This document shows positions 31,801 to 40,021 of a DNA stretch of 55,103 nucleotides, piece after piece. The DNA is from Candidatus Babeliales bacterium (GTDB taxonomy: Bacteria; Babelota; Babeliae; Babelales; JABCYS01). Each line of letters opens with the position of its first letter. Within the stretch, counting starts at the first letter, position 1. The notes below the pieces were generated by a model. That model made no database searches. It had not been told where the DNA came from and worked only from the letters and a program-made list of their open reading frames with translations. The translations under genes were made by a program, and so were the position numbers. The stretch lies in contig JAFGJD010000002.1 in assembly GCA_016929235.1 (NCBI GenBank), positions 1-55,103 on the forward strand, given 5' to 3'.

Positions 31801-33184
31801 ATAAGAGATTTTCTAGACGCTCTTGAATTTCCTTAAGCGACGCATTATCCCCAGGCCAAATTTTGGCATGTAGATCTTTCAACGCATCCTCACGCGAATG
31901 ACAGGAATCATGCGCAAGCGTAAGCGCTAAGGTTGGTTGAAACACATAATCAGACGATGCAATAAGATCAAATGATAATTTTTTGTACGCCCCCATAGAC
32001 GAAACATGATCCTTGGAGCATACCTGACCCTGTTCTACAATGATCTCACCCGTTTCGGGATCAATCACATCTTTAGCAAACACCTTGTTAATAAGATACG
32101 ATGTTGGCAAAGTCAACTTTGTAATTTTTGCTTTTTCCAAGCGCTCGAGAACATCTTTAGTAATACGAAGACCAATAAGAGCAGATTCTTTTTCAGGAAC
32201 CATACCCTTCTCAATTCTCATGCCCAAAAGCTTTTCAGAAATAGACTTGTGAAAACTTCCGTTTGTAAACGTAATATGATCATAGTCATAGAACAACGGA
32301 AGCATCTCGTCACGATTGATCCCAAGTGCTTGTAGAAACGTTGTAACAAGAACCTTCTTCTTCTTATCGATACGAACATACAAGTTTTCATTGCTATCAA
32401 ATTCAAAATCAAGCCACGAACCACGCATTGGAATAATACGCGCAAGATAATATGGCCTACCACGAACGTCTTTTGCTTTCTTGCTTTGCGAGAACACAAC
32501 TCCGGGAGAACGATGGATTTGGCTCACAACGACACGATCAACGCCGTTAATTAAGAATGTCCCTTGGCTGCCCAACTTATAACGTCCGCGTTCTTCATAT
32601 AGGTCAGCCATCACCGGAACATCAGCAAAGAATATATCTTGTTCCTTAATGTCGCGTACAACTTTCTCACCAGACGCATCGTCCCATGAAATCAATTGCA
32701 CACGGATCTTGAGCGGCATAGAAAATGTTTGCTCTGCCGCACGACACTCATCAAGCTCCATAGGAAGCTTCACATGAACACGCGACAAACAGTTTGCACA
32801 CGTTTTATATTTTGCAGTCTTTTTCTTACACGCCTTACATGTGAGGTTTTTATCAAGACGTGAGCATTCTGACGCTTTGCATGAACTGCAGATCCAAGTA
32901 TAACGATTTTCAATACCGGTTAACTTCCCGCAGGTACAGGACCAGTTCCCAAGTTCGTAGCTGACATATTCCAATGACATTTTATTGTCATAGTCAATTG
33001 GAAAAATATCTCGCAATACCTTCTCAAGCCCAACCGCCTCCCGTTCATTAGGAAGATAATCAAACTGTACAAAATCATTAAACGATTTGGATTGAATCGC
33101 AATAAGGTTAGGAACAGGAACAACGTCCTTAATTTTCCCAAACTTTTTTCGAACAACCCCTCGATCTACGCGCACTAAAAACAT
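28865..33184 (-). CDS. rpoB: RNA polymerase beta subunit (with N-terminal Cys-rich insert)
   Basis: SQFMDQTNPL, GDKLAGRHGNKG, QRFGEME; start at ATG 33184 after GAGGAG. Confidence 0.99.
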   Translation of the reverse strand: MFLVRVDRGVVRKKFGKIKDVVPVPNLIAIQSKSFNDFVQFDYLPNEREAVGLEKVLRDIFPIDYDNKMSLEYVSYELGNWSCTCGKLTGIENRYTWICSSCKASECSRLDKNLTCKACKKKTAKYKTCANCLSRVHVKLPMELDECRAAEQTFSMPLKIRVQLISWDDASGEKVVRDIKEQDIFFADVPVMADLYEERGRYKLGSQGTFLINGVDRVVVSQIHRSPGVVFSQSKKAKDVRGRPYYLARIIPMRGSWLDFEFDSNENLYVRIDKKKKVLVTTFLQALGINRDEMLPLFYDYDHITFTNGSFHKSISEKLLGMRIEKGMVPEKESALIGLRITKDVLERLEKAKITKLTLPTSYLINKVFAKDVIDPETGEIIVEQGQVCSKDHVSSMGAYKKLSFDLIASSDYVFQPTLALTLAHDSCHSREDALKDLHAKIWPGDNASLKEIQERLENLLFLSRLYDLTKVGRIRMNRKLGLSISETTTVLTMEDIIATIRYLVGLRERAEGELDDIDHLGNRRIRLVGELLTNQFYTGFARIERIVREKFRMQEAHGALMPQDFLNVKPLSAVIREFFGTGQLSQFMDQTNPLSEIAHKRRLSALGPGGVMKDRATYEIRDVHTSHYGRICPIETPEGQTIGLISSLATYAMVNDLGFIETPYRKVDHGNILHDVEFLDAFQESDKYITQSDAADNEVKHIRDKKVFARHDGNFMQVDADMVDYIDLSPKQLVSVATALIPFLEHDDASRALMGSNMQRQAVPLIKCEVPIVGTGMESEICKASGAVQTARRAGVVEYVSANKIIIRADVKEFDNVDDWIAYGVDIYHLRKFERSSYDTWIHQTPLIQVGDVVKAGDVLTNGSSLDRGELALGTNLLVAFMPWHGYNFEDAIVLSKSLVAHDRLTSVHIDEYEVQARDTKLGPEEITRDIPNVSETALAGLDEDGIVRIGTRVAPGDILVGKVTLKGDIQYSPEEKLLRAIFGEKSREVRDTSLRVPPGVEGTVIDVKIFSRSGIRKDKRYREVVAEQTKKIEGDFQDHCTFLENMVRDQLVQELVGQKASARSSKKLIKDGVFNKTALEQCVFDELTKCKPSSKEIGEQVDHIVDTFNNQLRILHGLKEERINNLKKGDPLPSGVIKMVKVYVAMKRPISVGDKLAGRHGNKGVVSTIVPREDMPYLADGTHVDIVLNPLGVPSRMNVGQILETALGFAGRTIGEEMKKQIVDASYDSVKAYLGRYFGQALIDQIEKDQGKDGVMDLARQTAQDGARFVTPIFDGAQYKGDIQPLLKSLSLPESGAQIIYDGRSGEAFDQPVTVGSIYMMKLSHMVDDKLHARSDGPYSLVTQQPLGGKAQKGGQRFGEMEVWALEAYGAAHTLREMLTYKSDDVSGRHKVYEAIIRGEDIPDPGLPESFNVLIKELQSLGLQVDLFKTGKEEISE

Positions 33185-33259
33185 CCGGATGCTCCTCACA
33201 AGGCCCAATAATATTCAAGAATGTTCGATCCAAAGAAAATACAGCAACGCGTACGTATG

Positions 33260-33634
33260 CTATGAAAGCTCAACTTTAGCACCAGCTGCTTCGAGCGCTT
33301 CCTTTATTTTCTTGGCATCTTCTTTTGAAGCAGCTTCAGCAATCACTGTTGGAGCTTCTTCAATAGCCTTCTTAGCGTCCATCATGCTCAATGTGGTTAC
33401 ACTACGAAGTGCCTTGATATTCTTGATCTTTTCAGGTCCAGCTTCTTTAAGAGTAACCTTATATTCGGATTTCTCTTCCTGAGCCGCTTCTTGCGCAGCA
33501 GGAGCTGCTGCAGCAGCGATAGGCATAGCTGCTGAAACACCGAACTTTTCTTCTAGTTCTTTGACTAAGCCTGCCAACTCAACGACTGACATCTTGCCAA
33601 TTTCTTCGATTAGTTTTTCATGTCCGTTCGACAT
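33260..33634 (-). CDS. rplL: 50S ribosomal protein L7/L12
   Basis: LVKELEEKFGVSAA, EEKSEY.V.L, LEAAGAKVEL. Confidence 0.98.
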   Translation of the reverse strand: MSNGHEKLIEEIGKMSVVELAGLVKELEEKFGVSAAMPIAAAAAPAAQEAAQEEKSEYKVTLKEAGPEKIKNIKALRSVTTLSMMDAKKAIEEAPTVIAEAASKEDAKKIKEALEAAGAKVELS

Positions 33635-33684
33635 AATGTTCTCCACACAAGTAGTTTAAAAAGTAATTAACAATTAAAAATCTC

Positions 33685-34200
33685 TTATTCTACCCCTTCA
33701 CCAGACAAACTCCCAGCAAGCGGAATTTGCGGACCTTGCTCTTCCCAGTCTTCACCGCTGTCGTCACCACCAGACAAATGCCCATCGCTCTCTACCCGGT
33801 GTTGCTCCATCGCCGTCGTATACATCGTGTGCTGCCGCCCTCCTCGTGAGCCGCGGCGAAAAACCGGTGAAACAGATGTTTCACCTTGCAATTCCATTTC
33901 TGTGCAATCCGTATCCTCTTCACCGACTGAACCCAGGTCTTTTCGCGCAGCCCTTTTCCATGTCAAAGCTGACCACCTGTCAAAATTCCTTTTAGATCGG
34001 CGACCCTTCTTATTCTTAGTCATAAATAATACACCAGCAACAGCACATACTCCAACGACAAAAACTGGAGCTGCTAGCGAGTGCTCATTTTCAACAACCA
34101 CGGTCTCATCAGATTGAGCGACATCAACCTCTTTTGCATAGACAGGAATCCCCCCTGAGAGCACACCAAGCACAACAAAGAACAATGATAGTTTTTTCAT
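33685..34200 (-). CDS. Signal-peptide, single-TM hypothetical protein inserted between rplJ and rplL
   Basis: MKKLSLFF...VYA signal, TM helix, basic KNKKGRRSKR stretch, acidic disordered tail; fills the whole rplJ-rplL gap. Confidence 0.7.
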   Translation of the reverse strand: MKKLSLFFVVLGVLSGGIPVYAKEVDVAQSDETVVVENEHSLAAPVFVVGVCAVAGVLFMTKNKKGRRSKRNFDRWSALTWKRAARKDLGSVGEEDTDCTEMELQGETSVSPVFRRGSRGGRQHTMYTTAMEQHRVESDGHLSGGDDSGEDWEEQGPQIPLAGSLSGEGVE

Positions 34201-34221
34201 AGCACGTACCTTTATCATTGA

Positions 34222-34728
34222 TTACTGATTCTCACCTGATGCACCAGTTGGCTTTTTAGCAATCTGGTCAAGCGCGCGCACAAATGACGACAGCGGCGCC
34301 ATCAGTACACCACACAACATTGCTAGCAAGACTTCCCGTGAAGGTAGCGTTGCAAGCGCAATAATATCTTGCTTGGAAAGAAACTGACTATCTGTATACC
34401 CAGCAACAATTCCCAATTTTTCATTTTCTTTTGCAAACTCGTATAACGACTTTGCGGTTTGTGCAGCTTGATTTGGAGAAAACACAAGCCCAATTTGATC
34501 TTTAAAAACCTGATTCAACTCGCTCATAGCATCTAGATCAGCAACCGCACGCTTCATCAAACGCGCTTTTGCAACCTTGAACAGACTTCCCTGTCCACGC
34601 AGATTTTTACGAAGTGCTTCAAGCTGATGCACTGAAAGACCTTTATAATCAACAACAAATGAAGATGCACTTTGCTGCAACTGTTGTTTTAGCGAGTCAA
34701 CGACAACTGATTTTTCTTGACGATTCAT
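34222..34728 (-). CDS. rplJ: 50S ribosomal protein L10
   Basis: DYKGL.V.QL..LR, KVAK.RL, LATLPSREVLLA. Confidence 0.96.
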   Translation of the reverse strand: MNRQEKSVVVDSLKQQLQQSASSFVVDYKGLSVHQLEALRKNLRGQGSLFKVAKARLMKRAVADLDAMSELNQVFKDQIGLVFSPNQAAQTAKSLYEFAKENEKLGIVAGYTDSQFLSKQDIIALATLPSREVLLAMLCGVLMAPLSSFVRALDQIAKKPTGASGENQ

Positions 34729-34747
34729 CGTGTACCTCTTACCTCAA

Positions 34748-35446
34748 TCACAATTTTACAGCTTCATCAGGGTTAAGTCGTACACCGACACCCATCGTAG
34801 AAGAAACGGTAACATTCTTAATAAACTTGCCTTTTGATGTTGCTGGCTTGGATGCAACCAACGCTTTCATGAACGCATGATAGTTATCAACAAGTTGCTG
34901 CGCATCAAAGGAAACTTTTCCGATAGAAAAATGAACAATGCCGCTCTTATCGTTCTTAAAAAAGAGCTTACCTTGCTTTAATTCCTTAACTACATCACCA
35001 ACTTTAAAGGTCACTGTTCCTACCTTTTTGTTTGGTAGAAGACCGCGAGGTCCAAGCAGCTTTGCGAGCTGACCAACCATTCCCATGAGATCTGGAGTCG
35101 CTACGGCAAAATCAAAATCCATCCAGCCGCCAGAAATCTTTTGCACAAGATCCTCTGCTCCAACATGGTCGGCTCCTGCCTCTGTTGCTTCTGCAGCATG
35201 ATCACCCTTGGCAAACACAATCACTCGAACAGCTTTGCCGCGACCATGCGGTAAAACAACGGCACCTCGGACCACCTGATCACCCTTAGAGGGATCGATG
35301 CCGAGGTTTACATCTACATCAACAGATTCATCAAAATCTGCGTATGCCAAATCCTTAATTTTCGCGAATCCTTCTTGTGGAGAAGAAATCAGATCACGAT
35401 TATGTGACCCTACTGCTTTTGTATATTTTTTACCCTGCTTTGCCAT
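34748..35446 (-). CDS. rplA: 50S ribosomal protein L1
   Basis: FDESV, LPHGRGK, LGPRGLLPN.K.GTV, VSSTMG.G. Confidence 0.98.
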   Translation of the reverse strand: MAKQGKKYTKAVGSHNRDLISSPQEGFAKIKDLAYADFDESVDVDVNLGIDPSKGDQVVRGAVVLPHGRGKAVRVIVFAKGDHAAEATEAGADHVGAEDLVQKISGGWMDFDFAVATPDLMGMVGQLAKLLGPRGLLPNKKVGTVTFKVGDVVKELKQGKLFFKNDKSGIVHFSIGKVSFDAQQLVDNYHAFMKALVASKPATSKGKFIKNVTVSSTMGVGVRLNPDEAVKL

Positions 35447-35466
35447 AACCGTAACGCCTTCTCTAC

Positions 35467-35889
35467 TTAGACAACTTTGACACCCATGCTGCGTGCTGAA
35501 CCAGCGACAATTTTCTTTGCCTGCTCAAGATCATGCGCATTCAGGTCAACCATTTTTGCTTTTGCAATCTCTTCAATATCAGCCCAAGTAATTTGACCTA
35601 CAATCTCTTCATGAGGTCGTGCTGAGCCCTTGGCAATATTAATCTTTTTCTTAATCAGCTCTGATGCTGGAGGCGTTTTAAGCACAAAGTCGAAAGAGCG
35701 ATCCTTGTAAATAGTTACAATGACAGGTACGGTTTCACCCTTACGGCTTGCCGTCTGTGCATTAAACTTCTTACAGAAATCCATAATGTTAGCTTGGTGC
35801 TGCCCCAATGAAGATCCCACCGGCGGAGCAGGAGTTGCCGCACCACCCGGAATAAGCATTTTGACTGTTGCCTTAATCTCTTTTGCCAT
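35467..35889 (-). CDS. rplK: 50S ribosomal protein L11
   Basis: ATPAPPVG..LGQ, FCK.FNA.T, KTPPAS, GSARSMG. Confidence 0.98.
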   Translation of the reverse strand: MAKEIKATVKMLIPGGAATPAPPVGSSLGQHQANIMDFCKKFNAQTASRKGETVPVIVTIYKDRSFDFVLKTPPASELIKKKINIAKGSARPHEEIVGQITWADIEEIAKAKMVDLNAHDLEQAKKIVAGSARSMGVKVV

Positions 35890-35911
35890 CGTACCAACCT
35901 ATCCTTACTGC

Positions 35912-36433
35912 TTAACGCTTAACTTGATCAAATCGAACTTCCACAGGGGTGAGGCGCCCAAAGATACTGACCATAATAGTCATTCGCTCAGACTCAACAT
36001 CCACCTTTTCAATCAATCCAACAAAACCCTTGAATGGGCCATCGGCAATCTCAATCTCACTGCCAACATTAAACTCGCTGACATCGGGAGGAGATACAAT
36101 GACCTCTCCCTTCATCTGCGACGTAATCTTTTCAATTTCCTTCTTACTCAACGCAATTGGCTCCTTGCCACCCAAGAAACGAGAGACCTTAGGAGTCATG
36201 GTTACCACCCGTAACGTAGCAGGAGATGTCTCCATCTCTACAAGTAAATATCCAGGGAATAACTGCTGGTCTTTGCTTTCTTCTGTGTCAAAAAATCGCT
36301 TCATTTTCGCTGAAGGGATAAGAACCTCTCCAAACACATCTTGAAGCCCCTCTTCGACAATGCGCTTTTCCAAATCTTTTTTAACCTGCTCTTCAAATCC
36401 CGCATAGACCTGAACTACATACCACCGTTTCAT
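35912..36433 (-). CDS. nusG: Transcription factor NusG
   Basis: WYVVQVY.G.E, FPGY.LV, KOW motif I.DGPF.GF.G, IFGR.TPV. Confidence 0.98.
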   Translation of the reverse strand: MKRWYVVQVYAGFEEQVKKDLEKRIVEEGLQDVFGEVLIPSAKMKRFFDTEESKDQQLFPGYLLVEMETSPATLRVVTMTPKVSRFLGGKEPIALSKKEIEKITSQMKGEVIVSPPDVSEFNVGSEIEIADGPFKGFVGLIEKVDVESERMTIMVSIFGRLTPVEVRFDQVKR

Positions 36434-36458
36434 CTATCTTGCGCCTTATTCTAGCTGA

Positions 36459-36656
36459 TTACCGGATGCCATACCGGGTAAAAACTGCTTCTGCTGTCCT
36501 TGAAATAACATAGTCAACCGACCCCAAATAGAGAGAAAATGCCGTGACTACAATCAGTACCACGATTGTCGATCCAACAAGCTCTGTCCATGTTGGCCAA
36601 ACAACTTTGGCCATTTCTGATCGTACTTCGTTAAAAAACTGCGTCATACTCTTCAT
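36459..36656 (-). CDS. secE: Preprotein translocase subunit SecE
   Basis: FF.EV..EM.KV.WP followed by a TM helix; start reassigned to ATG 36656 because the longer ORF overlaps tRNA-Trp. Confidence 0.95.
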   Translation of the reverse strand: MKSMTQFFNEVRSEMAKVVWPTWTELVGSTIVVLIVVTAFSLYLGSVDYVISRTAEAVFTRYGIR

Positions 36657-36679
36657 AATTTCAAAACCTTCGCATGTCA

Positions 36680-36755
36680 TGGCAGGCCAGGAGGGATTCG
36701 AACCCCCAACCATCAGATTTGGAGTCTGCTGCTCTACCATTCGAGCTACTGGCCT
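36680..36755 (-). tRNA. tRNA-Trp(CCA)
   Basis: Cloverleaf; anticodon loop ctCCAaa; encoded CCA; canonical position between rpmG and secE. Confidence 0.95.
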
Positions 36756-36761
36756 ACAATA

Positions 36762-36920
36762 CTACTTAGACTCCTTGTGCATTTGATGTTTTTTGCAACG
36801 CCGGCAATGCTTACGCACCTGCAATGAGCCCACCGATCGCGACTTAGCCACGACCTGTGAATAATTACGTTCCTTACATTCACTGCATACCAAATGGGAA
36901 ATTACTCGATTTTTTGCCAT
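36762..36920 (-). CDS. rpmG: 50S ribosomal protein L33 (zinc-binding C+ type); not in the ORF track
   Basis: Manual translation MAKNRVISHLVCSECKERNYSQVVAKSRSVGSLQVRKHCRRCKKHQMHKESK (52 aa). Confidence 0.95.
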   Translation of the reverse strand: MAKNRVISHLVCSECKERNYSQVVAKSRSVGSLQVRKHCRRCKKHQMHKESK

Positions 36921-36960
36921 GAGAAACCTAAATTACGCCTTGAGACCACTTAAGCTGTAA

Positions 36961-37036
36961 TGGAGCCCGCGACCGGACTTGAACCGGTGACCTCTCCCTT
37001 ACCAAGGAAGTGCTCTACCAACTGAGCTACGTGGGC
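36961..37036 (-). tRNA. tRNA-Thr(GGT)
   Basis: Anticodon arm cttcc-ttGGTaa-gggag; encoded CCA. Confidence 0.95.
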
Positions 37037-37118
37037 GCCCCTTTTCATATATTTTCGTTATGAATCATAGATTAAAGCAAAAACACAAAAATACAACTCG
37101 CGACAATCCATTCATTTA

Positions 37119-37194
37119 TGGAGCTGGCGACTGGACTTGAACCAGTGACCTGCTGATTACAAATCAGCTGCTCTACCAACTGAGCTACGCCAGC
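37119..37194 (-). tRNA. tRNA-Thr(TGT)
   Basis: Anticodon arm gctga-ttTGTaa-tcagc; encoded CCA. Confidence 0.95.
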
Positions 37195-37221
37195 CTCACG
37201 AGCTTGTGTCATACGTTTTTT

Positions 37222-37297
37222 TGGAGCGGGAGACGGGGATCGAACCCGCAACCTACAGCTTGGAAGGCTGCCACTCTACCAGTTGAGCTACTCCCGC
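37222..37297 (-). tRNA. tRNA-Gly(TCC)
   Basis: Anticodon arm gcagc-ctTCCaa-gctgt; encoded CCA. Confidence 0.95.
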
Positions 37298-37319
37298 CTA
37301 TACAACCGACCAGTTATTC

Positions 37320-37405
37320 TGGTGGCGAGAGCAGGATTCGAACCTGCGAAGACATTAGCCAACGGATTTACAGTCCGTCCCCTTTGACCGCTCGGGAATC
37401 TCGCC
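37320..37405 (-). tRNA. tRNA-Tyr(GTA)
   Basis: Anticodon arm acgga-ctGTAaa-tccgt; long variable arm; encoded CCA. Confidence 0.95.
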
Positions 37406-37594
37406 TGGATGTCAATTTTTTTCAGTATATGGCCTTCGCCAATAAAACGCCAACTTATATTAGGTGGTTTTTTTCATGTTTTCAACCAAATTTTACTGCT
37501 CCCGTTTTGGAACCATCTCTTCCGCCGTAATGTTGAGTTACTGAGACCCATTTTCTATACTGGCCACAACTTTGATTTTGAATATAAGGAAATT

Positions 37595-39598
37595 ATGAAG
37601 CACTTTAGGCTTGTAGTCCTCGTTTTGGCCTCATGTAATCTCATGGCCTCAAAGACATCTATCTATTCTTCCATCGCAAGTCAGTATCTCACTATACTCA
37701 CAGGCGATAGCCTCAATGGACCACAAGTAATTGCCAGCGGCTCAGATCCCGAATTGGAGCATCTGTCAGAAGCTGAAAAATCATTGGCAGCATTTAAAAT
37801 CCTGAGCACAACTGCCCCCGTATATTTACCAGGTACGGCAATCATCGATCCAAGTACCTGGGAAAATCTAGAGCTATTCATGAACGCCAATTTACTTGGA
37901 ACGGTAAAACGAACTAGAACAAAGCTAGGAGAACTGACATTAGCGAAAATGCTTGCTGAACCAACGATTAATGTCAGAGAGCTACATAGGCGGCAACGAA
38001 TCATCAAGGCGCTCAGTGATAACGAAGCCCTCTTCCGCATTATCGACGACGCACTTGCCACAATTCAAGAATGTGAGGACACTCTACTTTCGTTCTGGAA
38101 AGAGGAAAGTGGTTTTAACAGAGAAACATTCAGTCGATTCTATTTTGCTGACTGGTTTTCAGGCTCAGCAACCATGAACAAAACATCAAGCCTCCTCAAC
38201 TCTCTGCGGCGAGGCGAGGACTTTGCAATGGTACTTACCTTACCGCTCGCATTAATGTACATCCGCTATCAACTCAACAACAATATTTTTAAAACGCTCT
38301 CTGACAATTTTACAGTTCTAAAACAAGACACAGTCGCGGGAAGAGTAATCAAGCGTGTTGCAACTGATGAACAAATTGCTCACTGGTTCCCAGGCGACGA
38401 ATTACGATCCGATCGACTATTTCATGTACCTGGGGAGCTCAAGTTTAACTCCCTTTGCAACTTCTCGTATCGGGCTGGAGATTTTGCAGCCGGTATCATC
38501 AATGTTCTGCTCTCTGGCTACCAGATTGCCACCTATTTCGCTCTATCACATCGATCACATCATTATCTATATGCCAAGCTCAAGGGACTGGCATCATCAA
38601 TCACAAGTATCCACACAATGCATGATGTCATCAAAGTTCACCAGGATTCTCTTAGGGATCTCTATGAATGCCAAGTGCTTACGAACCTATTCGATCATCC
38701 AGAGACCACAAGTGACGATTTGCAAATGCTGTTGGAACATCTTGAAAGCATGACTTTCAAGCGTTCATTCTCGTATTTTTCTGATTTTGGGAAAATTCTG
38801 GCAGCTAATAAACTGATCGATTCTGCAAAATACGAACTAACACCTGCATTGGAAACTATAGGCACTATTGATGCATTCATGTCACTTGCACGATTACTTA
38901 GAGAATTTGAATCACAACGAGTTCATTATTGTTTTGCAGAGTTCGTCAATAGTAAGAATCCGTACATTAATCTCCAGAATTTTTGGAATCCCATGATCTC
39001 ATCAAAAATGGTTGTGCCCAATTCAATCGAACTCGGCCACGTTATTGGAGGACACAATATCATTCTGACCGGACAAAACACCGGTGGAAAATCTACTATA
39101 CTCAAGGGGATTACTCTCTGCACAATTCTTGCACAAACATGTGGAATTGTTCCCGCAGACACCTGTATCTTAACCCCCTTCGCAAGTATTAATACATATA
39201 TGAACATTACCGACAAGGTACAGGAAGGACTTTCACTCTTTGCAGCAGAAGTTCATCGTGCTAAATCATTATTAGAAAAAATTACGCGTCTTGGCCCCGA
39301 TGAAAAAAGTTTTTCGATGATCGATGAAGCATTCAAAGGAACTGGTGGCGAAGCACAAGAGCTTTCTTACTGGTATGCACAAAAGTTGGGAACATTTCCA
39401 AATAGCATATGCATGAACGCAACCCATTATCCGAAGCTCACAGTACTCGAAGATGAACTACCAGGAATATATCAAAACTACAAAGTCGAAGTAAAAATTT
39501 TGGCAGACGGAACTCTTATGCGGCCATACAAACTTGAACGCGGTGAAACGTTACACAACATTGCACAACACATTCTTCATGAACAAGGTCTTTTATAA
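37595..39598 (+). CDS. MutS-related ATPase (domain III/V type) with N-terminal signal peptide
   Basis: Walker A TGQNTGGKST, SLFAAEV, Walker B IDEAFKGT, ATHY..LT; T.LGE..L..ML..P domain III motif; ATG at 37595 after AAGGA. Confidence 0.85.
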   Translation: MKHFRLVVLVLASCNLMASKTSIYSSIASQYLTILTGDSLNGPQVIASGSDPELEHLSEAEKSLAAFKILSTTAPVYLPGTAIIDPSTWENLELFMNANLLGTVKRTRTKLGELTLAKMLAEPTINVRELHRRQRIIKALSDNEALFRIIDDALATIQECEDTLLSFWKEESGFNRETFSRFYFADWFSGSATMNKTSSLLNSLRRGEDFAMVLTLPLALMYIRYQLNNNIFKTLSDNFTVLKQDTVAGRVIKRVATDEQIAHWFPGDELRSDRLFHVPGELKFNSLCNFSYRAGDFAAGIINVLLSGYQIATYFALSHRSHHYLYAKLKGLASSITSIHTMHDVIKVHQDSLRDLYECQVLTNLFDHPETTSDDLQMLLEHLESMTFKRSFSYFSDFGKILAANKLIDSAKYELTPALETIGTIDAFMSLARLLREFESQRVHYCFAEFVNSKNPYINLQNFWNPMISSKMVVPNSIELGHVIGGHNIILTGQNTGGKSTILKGITLCTILAQTCGIVPADTCILTPFASINTYMNITDKVQEGLSLFAAEVHRAKSLLEKITRLGPDEKSFSMIDEAFKGTGGEAQELSYWYAQKLGTFPNSICMNATHYPKLTVLEDELPGIYQNYKVEVKILADGTLMRPYKLERGETLHNIAQHILHEQGLL

Positions 39599-40021
39599 CG
39601 CTACCATATACTCTATAGATCGTTGATCTTGAGAAACATAGTCAAGCGTTACATGACACGCATTATGATGTACCAGTGGCATAATAACTTCGGGCCATTC
39701 AATAAACGACCAGCTATCCGGTTGATATAAATATTCATCAAAACCCTGTTCAATAAACCCGTTATACGATTGCAAGCGATATAAATCAAAATGATGTATC
39801 ACTGCATCATCTTTGGTTATGTAGGTATTGACATAGGTAAACGTAGGACTTGAGATAACACCTTCGACACCCATTACTTTCAGCATCTGCCGTACTAAGG
39901 TTGTTTTTCCTGAACCCAACGGTCCTGTAAACGTATAGACCCTGCATTTATTTTTGAGTTGCACTAGCTCACGCACTATGATATCCAGATCTTCTAGTGA
40001 AAATGTACGAACTGCCATCAT
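39593..40021 (-). CDS. tsaE: tRNA t6A biosynthesis ATPase TsaE
   Basis: G.LGSGKTT, SSPTFT, HFDLYRL, IEWPE. Confidence 0.96.
   Translation of the reverse strand: MMAVRTFSLEDLDIIVRELVQLKNKCRVYTFTGPLGSGKTTLVRQMLKVMGVEGVISSPTFTYVNTYITKDDAVIHHFDLYRLQSYNGFIEQGFDEYLYQPDSWSFIEWPEVIMPLVHHNACHVTLDYVSQDQRSIEYMVAL

Noticed and set aside
36680..36755. Alternative genetic code (TGA readthrough)
   Set aside because: Conserved genes such as rpsP, trmD, tdk and rpoB end properly at TGA, and the tRNA-Trp anticodon is CCA
36961..37405. Repeated ctctacca.ctgagctac segments as a CRISPR or repeat array
   Set aside because: They are conserved tRNA D-arm sequences; no regular repeat-spacer period and no cas genes
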